Shown here piece by piece: positions 1 through 13,298 of a stretch of 45,838 nt of DNA; the stretch's first letter is position 1, and every line of letters starts with the position of its first letter. The DNA is taken from NCBI GenBank assembly GCA_014143165.1, contig GCA_014143165.1_4843.1; one strand, 5' to 3'. Source of the stretch: a phage. Under the pieces are notes generated by a model. That model was given only the letters and a program-made list of their open reading frames with translations. It was not told the DNA's origin and searched no databases. A program made the translations under genes and the position numbers.

Positions 1-763
1 GCGCATAGATGACATTGTCATATACAAACGTTTTATCCTGCGTCCAGGCGTTGTACCACGGTGTATCTGTAATTTTAAATAACTCTCCCTGGATAAAATC
101 TTCAGAAGCATAAAAAAGAGGCTGACCAGGAATACGTTCATATACAAAACGAGTATTGACGAATCTACTAATGTCAGGCAGGGATGTGACCTTATATGTC
201 TTCCCATTGCCATTAATTTTCTGACCAACTGGTGCGGCGTTTAATACGCCATTAAGCGCTGAGGTGTCATCGGTGACCCCATCACCTTTTGCATTCCACC
301 CGCGCGGGTCGAATGTGTCTCTCCATCTTGCGATCTGCAAACCTGGATATTTTGTTGCGCCATCAGGGTCAGAAAGCTGGCTTCTTAATGAAGCATCACC
401 AACACTCACCCAAGCCCCCAGACCAACACCACCAGATGTTTCAGGTGTTGAACCGGCTGGAACGTTTTTTGGAAACTCCCCATCCCAACGATAATATTCT
501 CCGTTCGCTTCATAACGCAGTGTCTGATTTGGCAATGTCAGTGTCGCGCCATCTTCAAAGCTATCCATTGTGATGTAGCCGTAGTTACGGATAGCCTCTT
601 CTGCTGTGTACTGAAAGCCAGCAATTGTCCAGCGGCGTACTCCGAAGCGATCGGTGTAGCAATGTGCGTCAGATGTCACCACCTCGTCGATTTTCCCGGC
701 ATTAAATTTCAGGTCGCGCGTGTCTTCTGACGGAATTGGTTTATTGGTTGGTGTGGTAGCCAT
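1..763 (-). CDS. tail fibre protein, N-terminal part (gene runs off the window start)
   Basis: ATG at 763..761 preceded by AGGAG; frame open to position 1. Product begins MATTPTNKPIPSEDTRDLKFNAGKIDEV..., resembling conserved N-terminal anchors of phage tail fibres. Lies directly downstream of the J-like gene. Confidence 0.55.
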   Translation of the reverse strand, partial: MATTPTNKPIPSEDTRDLKFNAGKIDEVVTSDAHCYTDRFGVRRWTIAGFQYTAEEAIRNYGYITMDSFEDGATLTLPNQTLRYEANGEYYRWDGEFPKNVPAGSTPETSGGVGLGAWVSVGDASLRSQLSDPDGATKYPGLQIARWRDTFDPRGWNAKGDGVTDDTSALNGVLNAAPVGQKINGNGKTYKVTSLPDISRFVNTRFVYERIPGQPLFYASEDFIQGELFKITDTPWYNAWTQDKTFVYDNVIYA

Positions 764-802
764 TATAATAAATGCTCCTTTGTGAATTTGATGTATATTG
801 TA

Positions 803-4603
<3,801 letters not shown>

Positions 4604-4604
<1 letters not shown>

Positions 4605-6979
4605 TATTCGGTTGCTCTCCTGTTGGCGTTGTAGTTCCTACCGATGCTTTGCCCTATAGGTCCGTTGTTCTCAATATCACTCACAATCGTCTCAATTGTC
4701 ACGCTGCCGTCACCATTATCTCTGGCGCTGCTGCTAACCTGCGCTGAGCTGTTGTTGATGACGTTATTATAAACCACAACGCCACTGCTACCTCCGGTAA
4801 GGTCTTTATTGCTGATTACTGAACCATCGTTGCCTGGAATCATATACTGGCGACCGTTGGATGCCTGGAATATTTCTGGTGCGTTTCCCTCGCCCACTTC
4901 GTACATACTTCCGGCGCTAACAGGGCCACCATTTTTTCGCTTGCCAGCAATACCCATTGCCAGTGCGCCGAGAACGGCACCTACACCAATTGCAGCCGCG
5001 CCACCGAATGAGCCGATTGATGCCACGATTGCCGCTGGAGTCCATGCCGCCGTGGTGGTTGCTGCTGCCGCCGTTGATGCTGCTGTTGTGGTTGCCAGCC
5101 CTGCTGTTTGCGCTGCTGTGGTGGTAGCTGTTGCCGCAACCTGCGCAGTCTGCCCCATAACGGCGGATTTAACCCACTGAACTCCCATTTCAACAAAGCT
5201 GTTTACCAGAGAATTCAGCACCGTAGAGCCGAGGCTGCGCATTGCATCCTGAACGCTCATTGTGCCTGTGAGCAATCCAGTGATGCTGTTTGATGCTGTG
5301 CTCATCGCTGAATCAAGCGCCGTGCCGAACAATTGCGCCCCGAGGCTTTGCTGCTGCCATTCAGCCCACATCGCATCCATTCTCTGCTGGCGATACTGCG
5401 CTTCAATTGCTGCGCGAGTCTGCTCAATCTCCGTTATTTTCTGCGGATATGCTGCGGCGTAGGCGTCAAGGTCAGCCATGCGTTGCTGGTATTCGCTATC
5501 AATGCCAGTCGTTGGAGACGCAATGGCACGCAATCCCTGATATGATTTTTCTACGCGCTGCTTTTCCTTCTCCGCCGCCGCCTGTTCCTTCAGTGCGCTT
5601 TTCTGGTCCCAAATCTTCGCAGCGTACTCGCCAGCCAGTTTTATTTGCTCCTGAGTGGCAGCTTTGCCAAGCGATTGTTGCGCGTTGAGGATGGCTTGCT
5701 CGCGGGATAGTTCGCTGGTAGATGTTGCATTTAGCATGGTTTGCTGGCGTAATTTCTCCAGCTTTTCAGCTACTGATTCAGCTTGTCGTTCTTCGGCGCT
5801 TTTGCCCTTTCCTTTTCCTTTTTTGTCTTTTGTTGGTGCTTGTGCAATCTTCAGGTGTTTTGTTGCTTCAGCCTGTTTCTTTGTCTGCTCGTAACCTTCT
5901 GCTGATGCCTTGACGAATCGCTCGACCTGATCGTTATATTGTTTTTGCTTCTCAATATCATCATCACCAAAAAGCGCATCGACTCCCATCTGCGCCCATG
6001 CGCCCGGGTTTAGCTTAGAAATGACAGTGGCGAGAGATAAAATCTTATCGCTTGTGCTGGTTGATTTGTCGCCGAGGAAATCAATGTATTTTGCCAGCTG
6101 GTCGATAATCTCTACTGCTGTTTTTGATGCACCAGTGGCATCGTTAACGGCAACCACAAGTTTGGAGAATGAAACTTCAAGAGAACCAACAGCCTGATCC
6201 ATTGTGCGAGGAAGTTTTTCAAACTCAGCATTGACCACGCTTGTCCTGTCCTGAATGGCATTTAGCGCATCTTCTGCTGTCAGTTTGCCATCGAGCATTC
6301 TGGCGCGAAGTTCACCCATTGAAATACCAAGACCCGCCGCAATCTGGCGAGCAAGCTCAGGCATCTGCTCAAGGATGGAGTTAAATTCTTCGGCGCGGAT
6401 TGTACCAGAAGCAATTGACTGACCGAACTGACGCAGGGCGTTCGCCATTTCTTCTGTTGATGACCCGCCGATTCGACCTATTTTTTGCAGGGTATCGGTA
6501 AGGTTCAGAACCTGCGCATTTGTCGCGCCAGCCTCCTTCAGTGATGACGTTAATGTTTCCCACAACTTCGTAGTGTCACTGAGGCTTGCGCCAGTGGTTG
6601 AGGCGATATTTGCCAGTGAACTGAATGTTTCGTTCGCGGTTTTCGCATCAGTTGATAATCGAGCAATCCTTGCCTGAAGCTGAGTCATGTTATCGGCAAC
6701 CTCAAGGAATCGCTTTCCCCATTCGATAATCAGTGACACGGATATTGCGCCAGCAAGAGCTGTCATCTGCGTTTTTAGCCCTGAAGCTGCGCCGCCAGCA
6801 TTCTTCATCCCACTGCCAGCATTTCTGGCGTTTTTATCCAGCTTGCCAAGCGCGCTTGTGGTTTTGTTGGTTGATGATTCAAGGTCATCTAAAGTCTTAT
6901 TGGCTGTTGTCGCACCAGCTTTCAGGCCTTTAACATCCATCCCGACTTCATAGACAATTCCGCCGACTTCTTCAGCCAT
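4604..6979 (-). CDS. tail tape measure protein
   Basis: 791 aa, coiled-coil-rich with Ala/Gly/Thr-rich hydrophobic segment near the C-terminus; flanked by chaperone and minor tail genes. Confidence 0.85.
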
Positions 6980-7695
6980 TATGTATTCCTCGCTTTTTTC
7001 GCTTTGCGTTCAGCCAGTGCCTTCATACGCTCGCGGTCTGCTTTAGCCTGATCGTACTCTGCCGCGCGCTCTTCTTTCGTTAACCCTTTCGGCTCTGGGT
7101 ATTTATTTTTAATCATCATCTGAAACTCTGTCATAGACAGGTTTTCAGCTTCGTCACGTGTCATATCGAAATGCGTGCGTGCTGAGATGATGTATTGCGA
7201 CGCATGAAACTCGTTTGTGGTTTTCTTCCCCCGCTCTTCCAGACGTTCAGGCACTTTGAGTGGCGACTTGCCAATGATGCCGTGCTGCATCAGGTTGCGC
7301 GCAATAATAATAATGTCACTCACTGGCATCATGCCAGGAACGTATCGCACGCCGCGTGGTGTTGGCTTCCATCCACCAATCAGCACTGAAACATCATCTT
7401 CGCAACATGACTGCATGACAATATAGGCCGCGCTCAGCACGTGTCTACCATACACAGGCTTGCTGATAGTTTTCATAACCTGCATCTGAGCACCAAATGG
7501 CAGGTATTCTACGTGCTGCAATGGCGCAACATAATCAATGCCATTGAGTCTGGCGTACACCTCGACGATTTCTTTTGGTGTGCCGATTTCATTCATTGCG
7601 CGGAATGATGGCTTAAAGAAAAAACTTCTGTCAGAAAGCGAGATGCGCATCTCTCCGATTTCTGTTAGTGGCGTGCGATTGCTCATGTTTTGCAT
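6979..7695 (-). CDS. tail assembly chaperone (G/GT-like position)
   Basis: 238-aa ORF directly upstream of tape measure with ATGA start/stop overlap; assignment by position. Confidence 0.45.
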   Translation of the reverse strand: MQNMSNRTPLTEIGEMRISLSDRSFFFKPSFRAMNEIGTPKEIVEVYARLNGIDYVAPLQHVEYLPFGAQMQVMKTISKPVYGRHVLSAAYIVMQSCCEDDVSVLIGGWKPTPRGVRYVPGMMPVSDIIIIARNLMQHGIIGKSPLKVPERLEERGKKTTNEFHASQYIISARTHFDMTRDEAENLSMTEFQMMIKNKYPEPKGLTKEERAAEYDQAKADRERMKALAERKAKKARNT

Positions 7696-7735
7696 CCTGA
7701 ATTTGACTGATGTTGATTATATCATCTCAGTGGTG

Positions 7736-7764
7736 TTGACACCTGTGAGGTGGTGATGTAGATT
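7736..7764 (+). promoter_or_regulatory. sigma70-type promoter (TTGACA-17 bp-TAGATT)
   Basis: TTGACA at 7736-7741, 17-bp spacer, TAGATT at 7759-7764; a GAGG RBS and ATG follow. Confidence 0.5.
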
Positions 7765-7787
7765 CAAGTCATCGAAACGAGGTATGA

Positions 7788-7994
7788 ATGAGGTTAGCTA
7801 TGGACGTTGTTATTTTGTTGTTTTTTGTTGGCTTGGTGATATTTGCGTACCTTCTGCCATCTTTTGTGGCCCTGCAACGCAAGCACGTAAACACGACTGC
7901 AATCTGCGTACTGAATATTCTTGTCGGATGGAGCTTTATTGGATGGGTTGCGGCACTGGTTTGGGCATTGGTTAAAAGTGGCGACAAGAAATGA
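7788..7994 (+). CDS. superinfection-immunity-like small membrane protein
   Basis: Product ...LPSFVALQRKHVNTTAICVLNILVGWSFIGWVAALVWALVK matches the hydrophobic GW..IGW..AL.WAL pattern of Imm-type superinfection immunity proteins; own promoter; antisense to tail genes. Confidence 0.55.
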   Translation: MRLAMDVVILLFFVGLVIFAYLLPSFVALQRKHVNTTAICVLNILVGWSFIGWVAALVWALVKSGDKK

Positions 7995-8133
7995 ACGAGC
8001 AAACAAAAGCAGACCTGATTTTCTACACTGAACTGTATGTTGATGCAGGTTACGACTATGAAGAAGCTGAACGCATGGCGAAAGACTTACTCCGCGTGAT
8101 TGGTGTTATTTTTGATGAGGACAAGGTGATATG
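7991..8133 (+). CDS. hypothetical small protein (47 aa)
   Basis: ATG overlaps the upstream stop (ATGA); not in the supplied ORF track (below 60 aa). Confidence 0.3.
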
Positions 8134-8331
8134 AGCCAGTGGATTAAGTGTGGTGAGATGCTTCCTGGCGATGGGTATACGGATAAGGAGTTCCTGGTGT
8201 ATGAAATGTTGAATAACGCAGTTCAGCATGATTATTACATCGTTCCTGATGATGGTAGAAAGCCATTCTGGAATCACTATGGTAAGTACGTGACTCACTG
8301 GATGCCACTACCAGAGCCACCACAAGAATAA
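8131..8331 (+). CDS. DUF551-like phage protein
   Basis: C-terminal ...YVTHWMPLPEPPQE as in DUF551 proteins; last gene of the small plus-strand unit. Confidence 0.5.
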   Translation: MSQWIKCGEMLPGDGYTDKEFLVYEMLNNAVQHDYYIVPDDGRKPFWNHYGKYVTHWMPLPEPPQE

Positions 8332-8335
8332 AACA

Positions 8336-8362
8336 AAGCCCCTTTCGGGGCTTTTTCTTTAT
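8336..8362 (+). terminator. rho-independent terminator
   Basis: GCCCC-TTTC-GGGGC hairpin followed by TTTTTCTTT. Confidence 0.6.
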
Positions 8363-9078
8363 CAGGATACGGTGCAAGCCGTGCTCAGGATAACTTCAGG
8401 GTCAGTAGATGAATCAGTTACCGTAACGGTATACACGCCAGCAGTTGGGCTTGCCAGTGATGCGCCAGATTCGCCGCCAACAACCGCGCCATCTTTGCGC
8501 CATACATAAGTGTAAGGTGTAACGCCACCCTCAACAGCAACAGTTAACGGGCTGCCAGTGCTGCCAGTTGATTGCAGGTCGGTGGTGAATGCCAGAGGTT
8601 CAAGGCTTTCAATTGACACCGTATCGCCGTCGTAAGGCTTGAACTCAACGGAACCGGTGACAATATCGTTTGTTCCACCTTCCCATGACAACCCGGTGAT
8701 GTTGCAGTACGCGGTGGTGATGGTGCTGCCAGTGACTTGACGAACCCACAGAGACGGTTGCCTGCGCGCACTCATCTCAGTGGTGAACATCTGGATTAGT
8801 TTATGAATACCATACTCGTCTGATTTATCATTTTTTTTAATTTCAAAATCACCGCTGATAGTCATGTCCGCTGTTGTCACCAGAGTGGCGACGAAGCCGC
8901 TATTGGTATCAGCTTCACTTGATGTGGTATTAGGGCTGAAATCAACCCCGTTATTGGTGAGTGAGCCAAAATACTTCCAATCTTCCTGTGACGGTTCTGC
9001 ATCTGAGCACCCGTCAGCAAGGAAGATTCGCATCATTCTTCCCACCAGAATTCCGTTGTTATTTGCACAAATAGCCAT
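8362..9078 (-). CDS. major tail protein with C-terminal Ig-like domain
   Basis: 238 aa; C-terminal ...TVAVEGGVTPYTYVWRKDGAVVGG...GVYTVTVTD is Ig-like (Big_2-type); sits upstream of chaperone and tape measure. Confidence 0.65.
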   Translation of the reverse strand: MAICANNNGILVGRMMRIFLADGCSDAEPSQEDWKYFGSLTNNGVDFSPNTTSSEADTNSGFVATLVTTADMTISGDFEIKKNDKSDEYGIHKLIQMFTTEMSARRQPSLWVRQVTGSTITTAYCNITGLSWEGGTNDIVTGSVEFKPYDGDTVSIESLEPLAFTTDLQSTGSTGSPLTVAVEGGVTPYTYVWRKDGAVVGGESGASLASPTAGVYTVTVTDSSTDPEVILSTACTVS

Positions 9079-9129
9079 TTCGATCTCCGAATTGTGTTAG
9101 CTGCTAACGTGGTGATTATATCACAGGTG

Positions 9130-9158
9130 TTGACAGTGATTATTTTGTGGTGTAGATT
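9130..9158 (+). promoter_or_regulatory. sigma70-type promoter (TTGACA-17 bp-TAGATT)
   Basis: TTGACA 9130-9135, 17-bp spacer, TAGATT 9153-9158; same architecture as the 7736 promoter. Confidence 0.5.
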
Positions 9159-9165
9159 AAAGTCT

Positions 9166-9612
9166 ACTTAAGATATGAATTGATTTATGCGTGAGTTTTC
9201 AACTTTCTGAAAGGAAGGTGACCAAAATGAATGAAATCTCAATTTGAAGAGGTCAAAATAATTAGCGGTCGAGAGACGCCGGACGCGTAACCGGCACACA
9301 ACAGGTAAGAGCATTGGTGTACCAGAAGCCCGTGGGTTATGGCTAAGGAGTCCCAAGTGAGCGCATAAGTGCTCTTTCCGTTGTGGTGAATGCGCAGGCT
9401 GATGCGCGAAAGACATTGCAGCTATTGCGGAAAAGAGCTGTTCGGCGGGGCAATTAAACGCCCGTGAGAGTCTGAAATAACCGCAAGCCGGAGATCAGCA
9501 CCGGCCACCACAACACTTAATATCCAGCATTATCGCAATCATATGTAGGGGTATGTATGGGTTACGGGGCTGGATATTAAGAAAGCACGCTGGCAATGCT
9601 TAAACCAGTAAT
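9166..9612 (+). ncRNA. candidate structured non-coding RNA (about 450 nt, unknown class)
   Basis: Promoter-to-terminator interval with no plus-strand ORF over 25 codons and no RBS-ATG pair; perfect 13-bp inverted repeat CTTAATATCCAGC (9516-9528) / GCTGGATATTAAG (9569-9581) plus several short GC stems. Confidence 0.3.
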
Positions 9613-9641
9613 AAGGCCGCCAAGTGCGGCTTTATTTATTT
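9613..9641 (+). terminator. rho-independent terminator
   Basis: GCCGC-CAAGT-GCGGC hairpin followed by TTTATTTATTT. Confidence 0.55.
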
Positions 9642-10010
9642 AACAACCCGCAAAAGCAACTCATGCACAGGTCTTTTTTCTTCCGTCAGCATTGGCCTAC
9701 CGAGCGGAGCCTGCAACTGGATGTAGTTCACGCACAAATCAATCGGATGCGTCTTGATGTATTCGATAATCTCATTGGCTTTAGCGTCAACATCCGACAC
9801 GTTATACTGTCCATGTTTGCCGACAACGTACAGCGAGAAATAAAAGTCACCACCAAGTCCATCCATCACCTGCGTGCCGCCGTTGGATTGCAGGACAATA
9901 AATTGCTCGTTGCCATTTTCGGTGTCATTCCAGAACTGCAATTGCGAAGTCCAGCCATCATACAATCCAGCATCCTGAAGATATGCATCAACCAGCTCAA
10001 GCATATTCAT
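9636..10010 (-). CDS. putative tail completion / tail terminator protein
   Basis: 124-aa ORF between the gp10-like connector gene and the major tail gene; call by position. Confidence 0.35.
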   Translation of the reverse strand: MNMLELVDAYLQDAGLYDGWTSQLQFWNDTENGNEQFIVLQSNGGTQVMDGLGGDFYFSLYVVGKHGQYNVSDVDAKANEIIEYIKTHPIDLCVNYIQLQAPLGRPMLTEEKRPVHELLLRVVK

Positions 10011-10471
10011 TAGAGTGTCATCTCCTTCTTAATTACGCTATCAACAAGGTCTTTTGTGCGCTGCGCCGCTTTGGTCAGGAATTGTGGTTCACCACCCGGC
10101 GACCAGTATGTGCCATTTCCGTTGCTGCGTGGTTTACCTGCAAGTTTGCCACTGGCGCTATGAACGTACAGCGCATATTTTGCAGAGTAGCCAACTTTGC
10201 CAGTGATTCGCGTTCCGCTAACTTCCACAGTATCAAACTGACTGTTAATCAGCGTCGATGTATCAATTGGCGTTAGCGTGGCTGATTCGGTGCGGATGAT
10301 GTATGTCGCCGATTTCATAGCACGCACAGCTTTCGTGGCAATTATCTCACCCACAATCTGCGATGTTCTGGCGATGGCTTCGTTAATACCTTTGAGTTTT
10401 GCTGGCATGTTAGCACCACTCCATCCATCCAAAGCATTTTTTGTATGCCCCACCACAGGATAAATCATCAC
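10010..10471 (-). CDS. head-tail connector protein (HK97 gp10-like)
   Basis: 153 aa; ...KYALYVHSASG...PQFLTKAAQ resembles the HK97 gp10 family signature; synteny. Confidence 0.5.
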   Translation of the reverse strand: MMIYPVVGHTKNALDGWSGANMPAKLKGINEAIARTSQIVGEIIATKAVRAMKSATYIIRTESATLTPIDTSTLINSQFDTVEVSGTRITGKVGYSAKYALYVHSASGKLAGKPRSNGNGTYWSPGGEPQFLTKAAQRTKDLVDSVIKKEMTL

Positions 10472-10606
10472 TTTTTCTTGTGGCCTTGGATGCCTTTCTT
10501 TTCCAGTACCTGCCAGATGGTTTTACATACGCACTAAACCAGATTCTTGAGCCTGATTTGTTTCTGCTCTGTTTGTGGTTCTTGAGCTTTAATTTTTCAT
10601 CTTTCA

Positions 10607-10954
10607 TTATGTAATCAACGCAAAGTCAGGTGGCTCAGCGCGATTGAACGTATTGCCGTAATTAATCACATTCAGAATCTGGTTTGCGCCAGCCACCAGC
10701 GGGTCAGCTTCTGTCACCGTGCCAATCATGATGTAATCACCTACCTTAGCGCCAGTGTATTCTGTCCAGAAAGTATTCTTCTGCACAATCTCATTGCCTT
10801 TCGCGTCAGTCGATACATCATCGTTAAAGCCATAATCGCACATGATGCTCACTGGCGCATCAAAAGTCGGCTTGCCGTACTTGTCAGTTCCGCTTTTGTG
10901 CCAGATGGTGCATGGTTGCGTATAGCTCCAGTTAGCCAGCGAGGTCATTTGCAC
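10607..10954 (-). CDS. putative head-tail adaptor / head closure protein
   Basis: 115-aa ORF in the connector region; position only. Confidence 0.3.
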   Translation of the reverse strand: MQMTSLANWSYTQPCTIWHKSGTDKYGKPTFDAPVSIMCDYGFNDDVSTDAKGNEIVQKNTFWTEYTGAKVGDYIMIGTVTEADPLVAGANQILNVINYGNTFNRAEPPDFALIT

Positions 10955-11373
10955 TTACTCCCACGCACAACCGCAAACCACGGTTTACCGCTTCCGTCAG
11001 GGTCTTCCACTAAATCGCCAGTGCATCCGGCTGTATCCAGTAGTTTCATCTGATTGTACAACGCCACCCACGGCTTACTGCCATACGCGAATGATTGTGA
11101 AGCTCCAGATGGTGCGCTCTGACTGGTAACGTAGCGACCGGCGGTATTTGCGCTAATCAGGATGGAAGCCCACAGCATGATCGCATTTTGTCGGCACTCA
11201 TCATTTGGATAGTTCAGTTCAAGGCATTCGCTGATTGACGCCACAAGGCACAGAATGCCAGATGCATCTGTTGTGGTGATAGTCATTCCGCGCGATGCCA
11301 TCTGACTAACCAGTTCTTCAGGTGTTGGTGCTGTCATTTCTTTTTGACTCCCGGACTTTCCACCATATCTCAA
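10945..11373 (-). CDS. hypothetical structural-module protein
   Basis: 142-aa ORF; start uncertain. Confidence 0.3.
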   Translation of the reverse strand: MRYGGKSGSQKEMTAPTPEELVSQMASRGMTITTTDASGILCLVASISECLELNYPNDECRQNAIMLWASILISANTAGRYVTSQSAPSGASQSFAYGSKPWVALYNQMKLLDTAGCTGDLVEDPDGSGKPWFAVVRGSKCK

Positions 11374-11602
11374 ACAGATTCTTTATTACCAGAGACAGAG
11401 CGCCGAGGATTGACGCCACTGCCGCCAACTCCGTCAGGCTGTGTGGAATCATAGCTTCAAAATAAGACTGCGCGACAGGTGTTTGCTCTGCAACCTTCAG
11501 GCCAATGCCAGTGCCAATAGAAGCATAGCCGGCCTTATCAATCACCTGCCCCGTCGTCCCGCTTATAACTTGCTCTGCGACCTGTCTTAGTGTTTCGTTC
11601 AT
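11318..11602 (-). CDS. hypothetical protein with hydrophobic C-terminal segment
   Basis: 94-aa ORF; C-terminal LTELAAVASILGALSLVIKNLFEIWW is membrane-like. Confidence 0.3.
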   Translation of the reverse strand: MNETLRQVAEQVISGTTGQVIDKAGYASIGTGIGLKVAEQTPVAQSYFEAMIPHSLTELAAVASILGALSLVIKNLFEIWWKVRESKRNDSTNT

Positions 11603-11634
11603 TGCGAGTATCGCTGATGATATGTTTCCAGTGG

Positions 11635-12075
11635 TTATAGATTTGAATCAGCGAAAAAACGATAGCAACCACGCCAAGAATAATGTCCAATTTCGCCGGC
11701 CCATTTAAAAGTGATGGAAAGGATGAACAGATGGATGCCGATAATAATAAATGCGTACTGCGCATGAAGCGGCGTTTCTACAGGCGTGATAAATTCCCAT
11801 ACGAATGACTCTATCGCAACCAGCCATTCGTAAAGGCTCATCGTCAGCACGCAGAGCGCCATTTTTGTACTTTTGCGCAGCGCAATAGCCGGAAACAACC
11901 AGACCATAGACTGTGCAAGGTAATACAGATATTCGGCGGGAAATGAATCAACAAGCACCCATCCAAGATACACAGACATCGCCATTGCCGGAATGAACAC
12001 CAGAAACGCAACCATGCCCGTGCAGGCGAACCCCAGCACATACATGATCATGATGGCAATGTCTGCGCCGAACAT
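11635..12075 (-). CDS. polytopic membrane protein (unknown function)
   Basis: 146 aa with about four hydrophobic helices; preceded by a 39-aa basic ORF at 12079..12195 with GGAG RBS. Confidence 0.4.
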   Translation of the reverse strand: MFGADIAIMIMYVLGFACTGMVAFLVFIPAMAMSVYLGWVLVDSFPAEYLYYLAQSMVWLFPAIALRKSTKMALCVLTMSLYEWLVAIESFVWEFITPVETPLHAQYAFIIIGIHLFILSITFKWAGEIGHYSWRGCYRFFADSNL

Positions 12076-12241
12076 TATTTTTTACCGCGCGATGGTGAGC
12101 GGGCAGAGCCGTTTGGTTTCACTGCGCCAGTTTTGCCGCCAGTTTTGGTATTGCCAGTAGCGCGAGAACGAGACGGACCGTTTGTTGAACCCATGTTCAA
12201 ATCTCCTGTTGTTTGATTAGCATGATTTTAGCATATTCCTG

Positions 12242-12270
12242 TTGACGTAGATTGACGTAGCGTTTATAGT
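12242..12270 (+). promoter_or_regulatory. sigma70-type promoter (TTGACG-17 bp-TATAGT) with tandem TTGACGTAGA
   Basis: TTGACG at 12242-12247 and 12252-12257; TATAGT at 12265-12270; drives the plus-strand ParB/MTase/clamp unit. Confidence 0.45.
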
Positions 12271-12311
12271 TGTTGATGTAGAAACAGCAATAAATGTTAG
12301 AGGTGATGAAA

Positions 12312-12485
12312 ATGGAAGGTGAAACAGAAGTTTTTGCTGTTGATGTTTTTTATCAAGCATCAGACGAAGGCATTCCAGCTCACTGGTGCTGCCAGTTTAT
12401 TCGCGATGGATGGACTGGTTATGAATATTTTGATAACTCAGAAGATGCATATAACTATGCTTACTCACATGGATTTCAAGGATAA
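12312..12485 (+). CDS. hypothetical small protein
   Basis: GAGGTGA RBS 5 nt upstream of ATG 12312; first gene of the operon. Confidence 0.4.
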   Translation: MEGETEVFAVDVFYQASDEGIPAHWCCQFIRDGWTGYEYFDNSEDAYNYAYSHGFQG

Positions 12486-12488
12486 ACA

Positions 12489-13298
12489 ATGAAAACACTC
12501 AGCAAAATATATTCAGACAAAGAAACGCGCAACGGCATCGCTGTTAACAAAACCTATCTCGTGCCAGTTGAGCAAATCTATCTGGAACCGGGCTACAACA
12601 TCCGTGAAGCAGATGAGCAGCATGTGGAATATTTCGCGCAGTGCTGGGAATCAGGTCAGCCACTGCCAGCATTAACAGTTATTCCTGACGAGAAGGGAAT
12701 CCGCATTCTTAATGGTCAGCATCGCTATCTCGGCGAATTGCGTGCCATTGAGCGTGGCGCGCCAATCGTTCGCATTGAGTGTAATGATTTTACAGGAGAC
12801 GAAGCAGATAAAATCGCCTTCATGGTGTCATCCAGTCAGGGTAAGCAGCTCGACCCGTTTGAGCGCGCAAAGGCTTACACGAGACTGAAAGGTTTTGGCT
12901 GGACGAATGAAGAAATCGCCAAAAAGGTAGGCCGCTCAGTATCTGATGTGCAAATGCATCTGTCACTGGGTGATGTTCCAGCGGAAGTGAAAGCGCGCAT
13001 CAGTGCAGGACAAATCAGCTATGCAAATGCCGTAGCGGTAACGCGCGAGCATGGTGATGATGCGGCTAAAGTTATCGACGAGGCAGTCGAAGAGGCCAAA
13101 GCACAAGGCAAAGACAAGGTCACAGCGAAAGTACTGAAGGCGAAAAAGATTAAGCCAGTAGACCGCCTGATTGAGTTATTGAAGCCAGCCGACCATGTGA
13201 TTCTCCCCGCTGGTCATGTGGTGGCAGAGGATGAGGAATTTATCCAGATTCCTGTCGCAGACATTCACGAGGTTATGGCAATTCTGGAGAAGATGTGA
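12489..13298 (+). CDS. ParB-like N-terminal-domain (ParB/Srx fold) DNA-binding protein
   Basis: N-terminal ...VPVEQIYLEPGYNIRE... and ...LNGQHRYLGELRA (ParB GERRxRA-box-like), followed by HTH-like WTNEEIAKKVGRSVSDVQMHLSL. Confidence 0.65.
   Translation: MKTLSKIYSDKETRNGIAVNKTYLVPVEQIYLEPGYNIREADEQHVEYFAQCWESGQPLPALTVIPDEKGIRILNGQHRYLGELRAIERGAPIVRIECNDFTGDEADKIAFMVSSSQGKQLDPFERAKAYTRLKGFGWTNEEIAKKVGRSVSDVQMHLSLGDVPAEVKARISAGQISYANAVAVTREHGDDAAKVIDEAVEEAKAQGKDKVTAKVLKAKKIKPVDRLIELLKPADHVILPAGHVVAEDEEFIQIPVADIHEVMAILEKM

Noticed and set aside
4809-6953. Multiple plus-strand and alternative-frame ORFs inside the tape measure gene (4809..5180, 5290..5688, 6687..6953 and others)
   Set aside because: Antisense or out-of-frame to a long well-supported gene; Ala/Pro/Cys-rich low-complexity translations typical of spurious ORFs in GC-rich repetitive coding sequence.
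9168-9416. 82-aa minus-strand ORF in the ORF-free cassette
   Set aside because: Arg/His/Ser/Pro-rich product with no RBS; likely not coding, so the region is treated as an ncRNA candidate.
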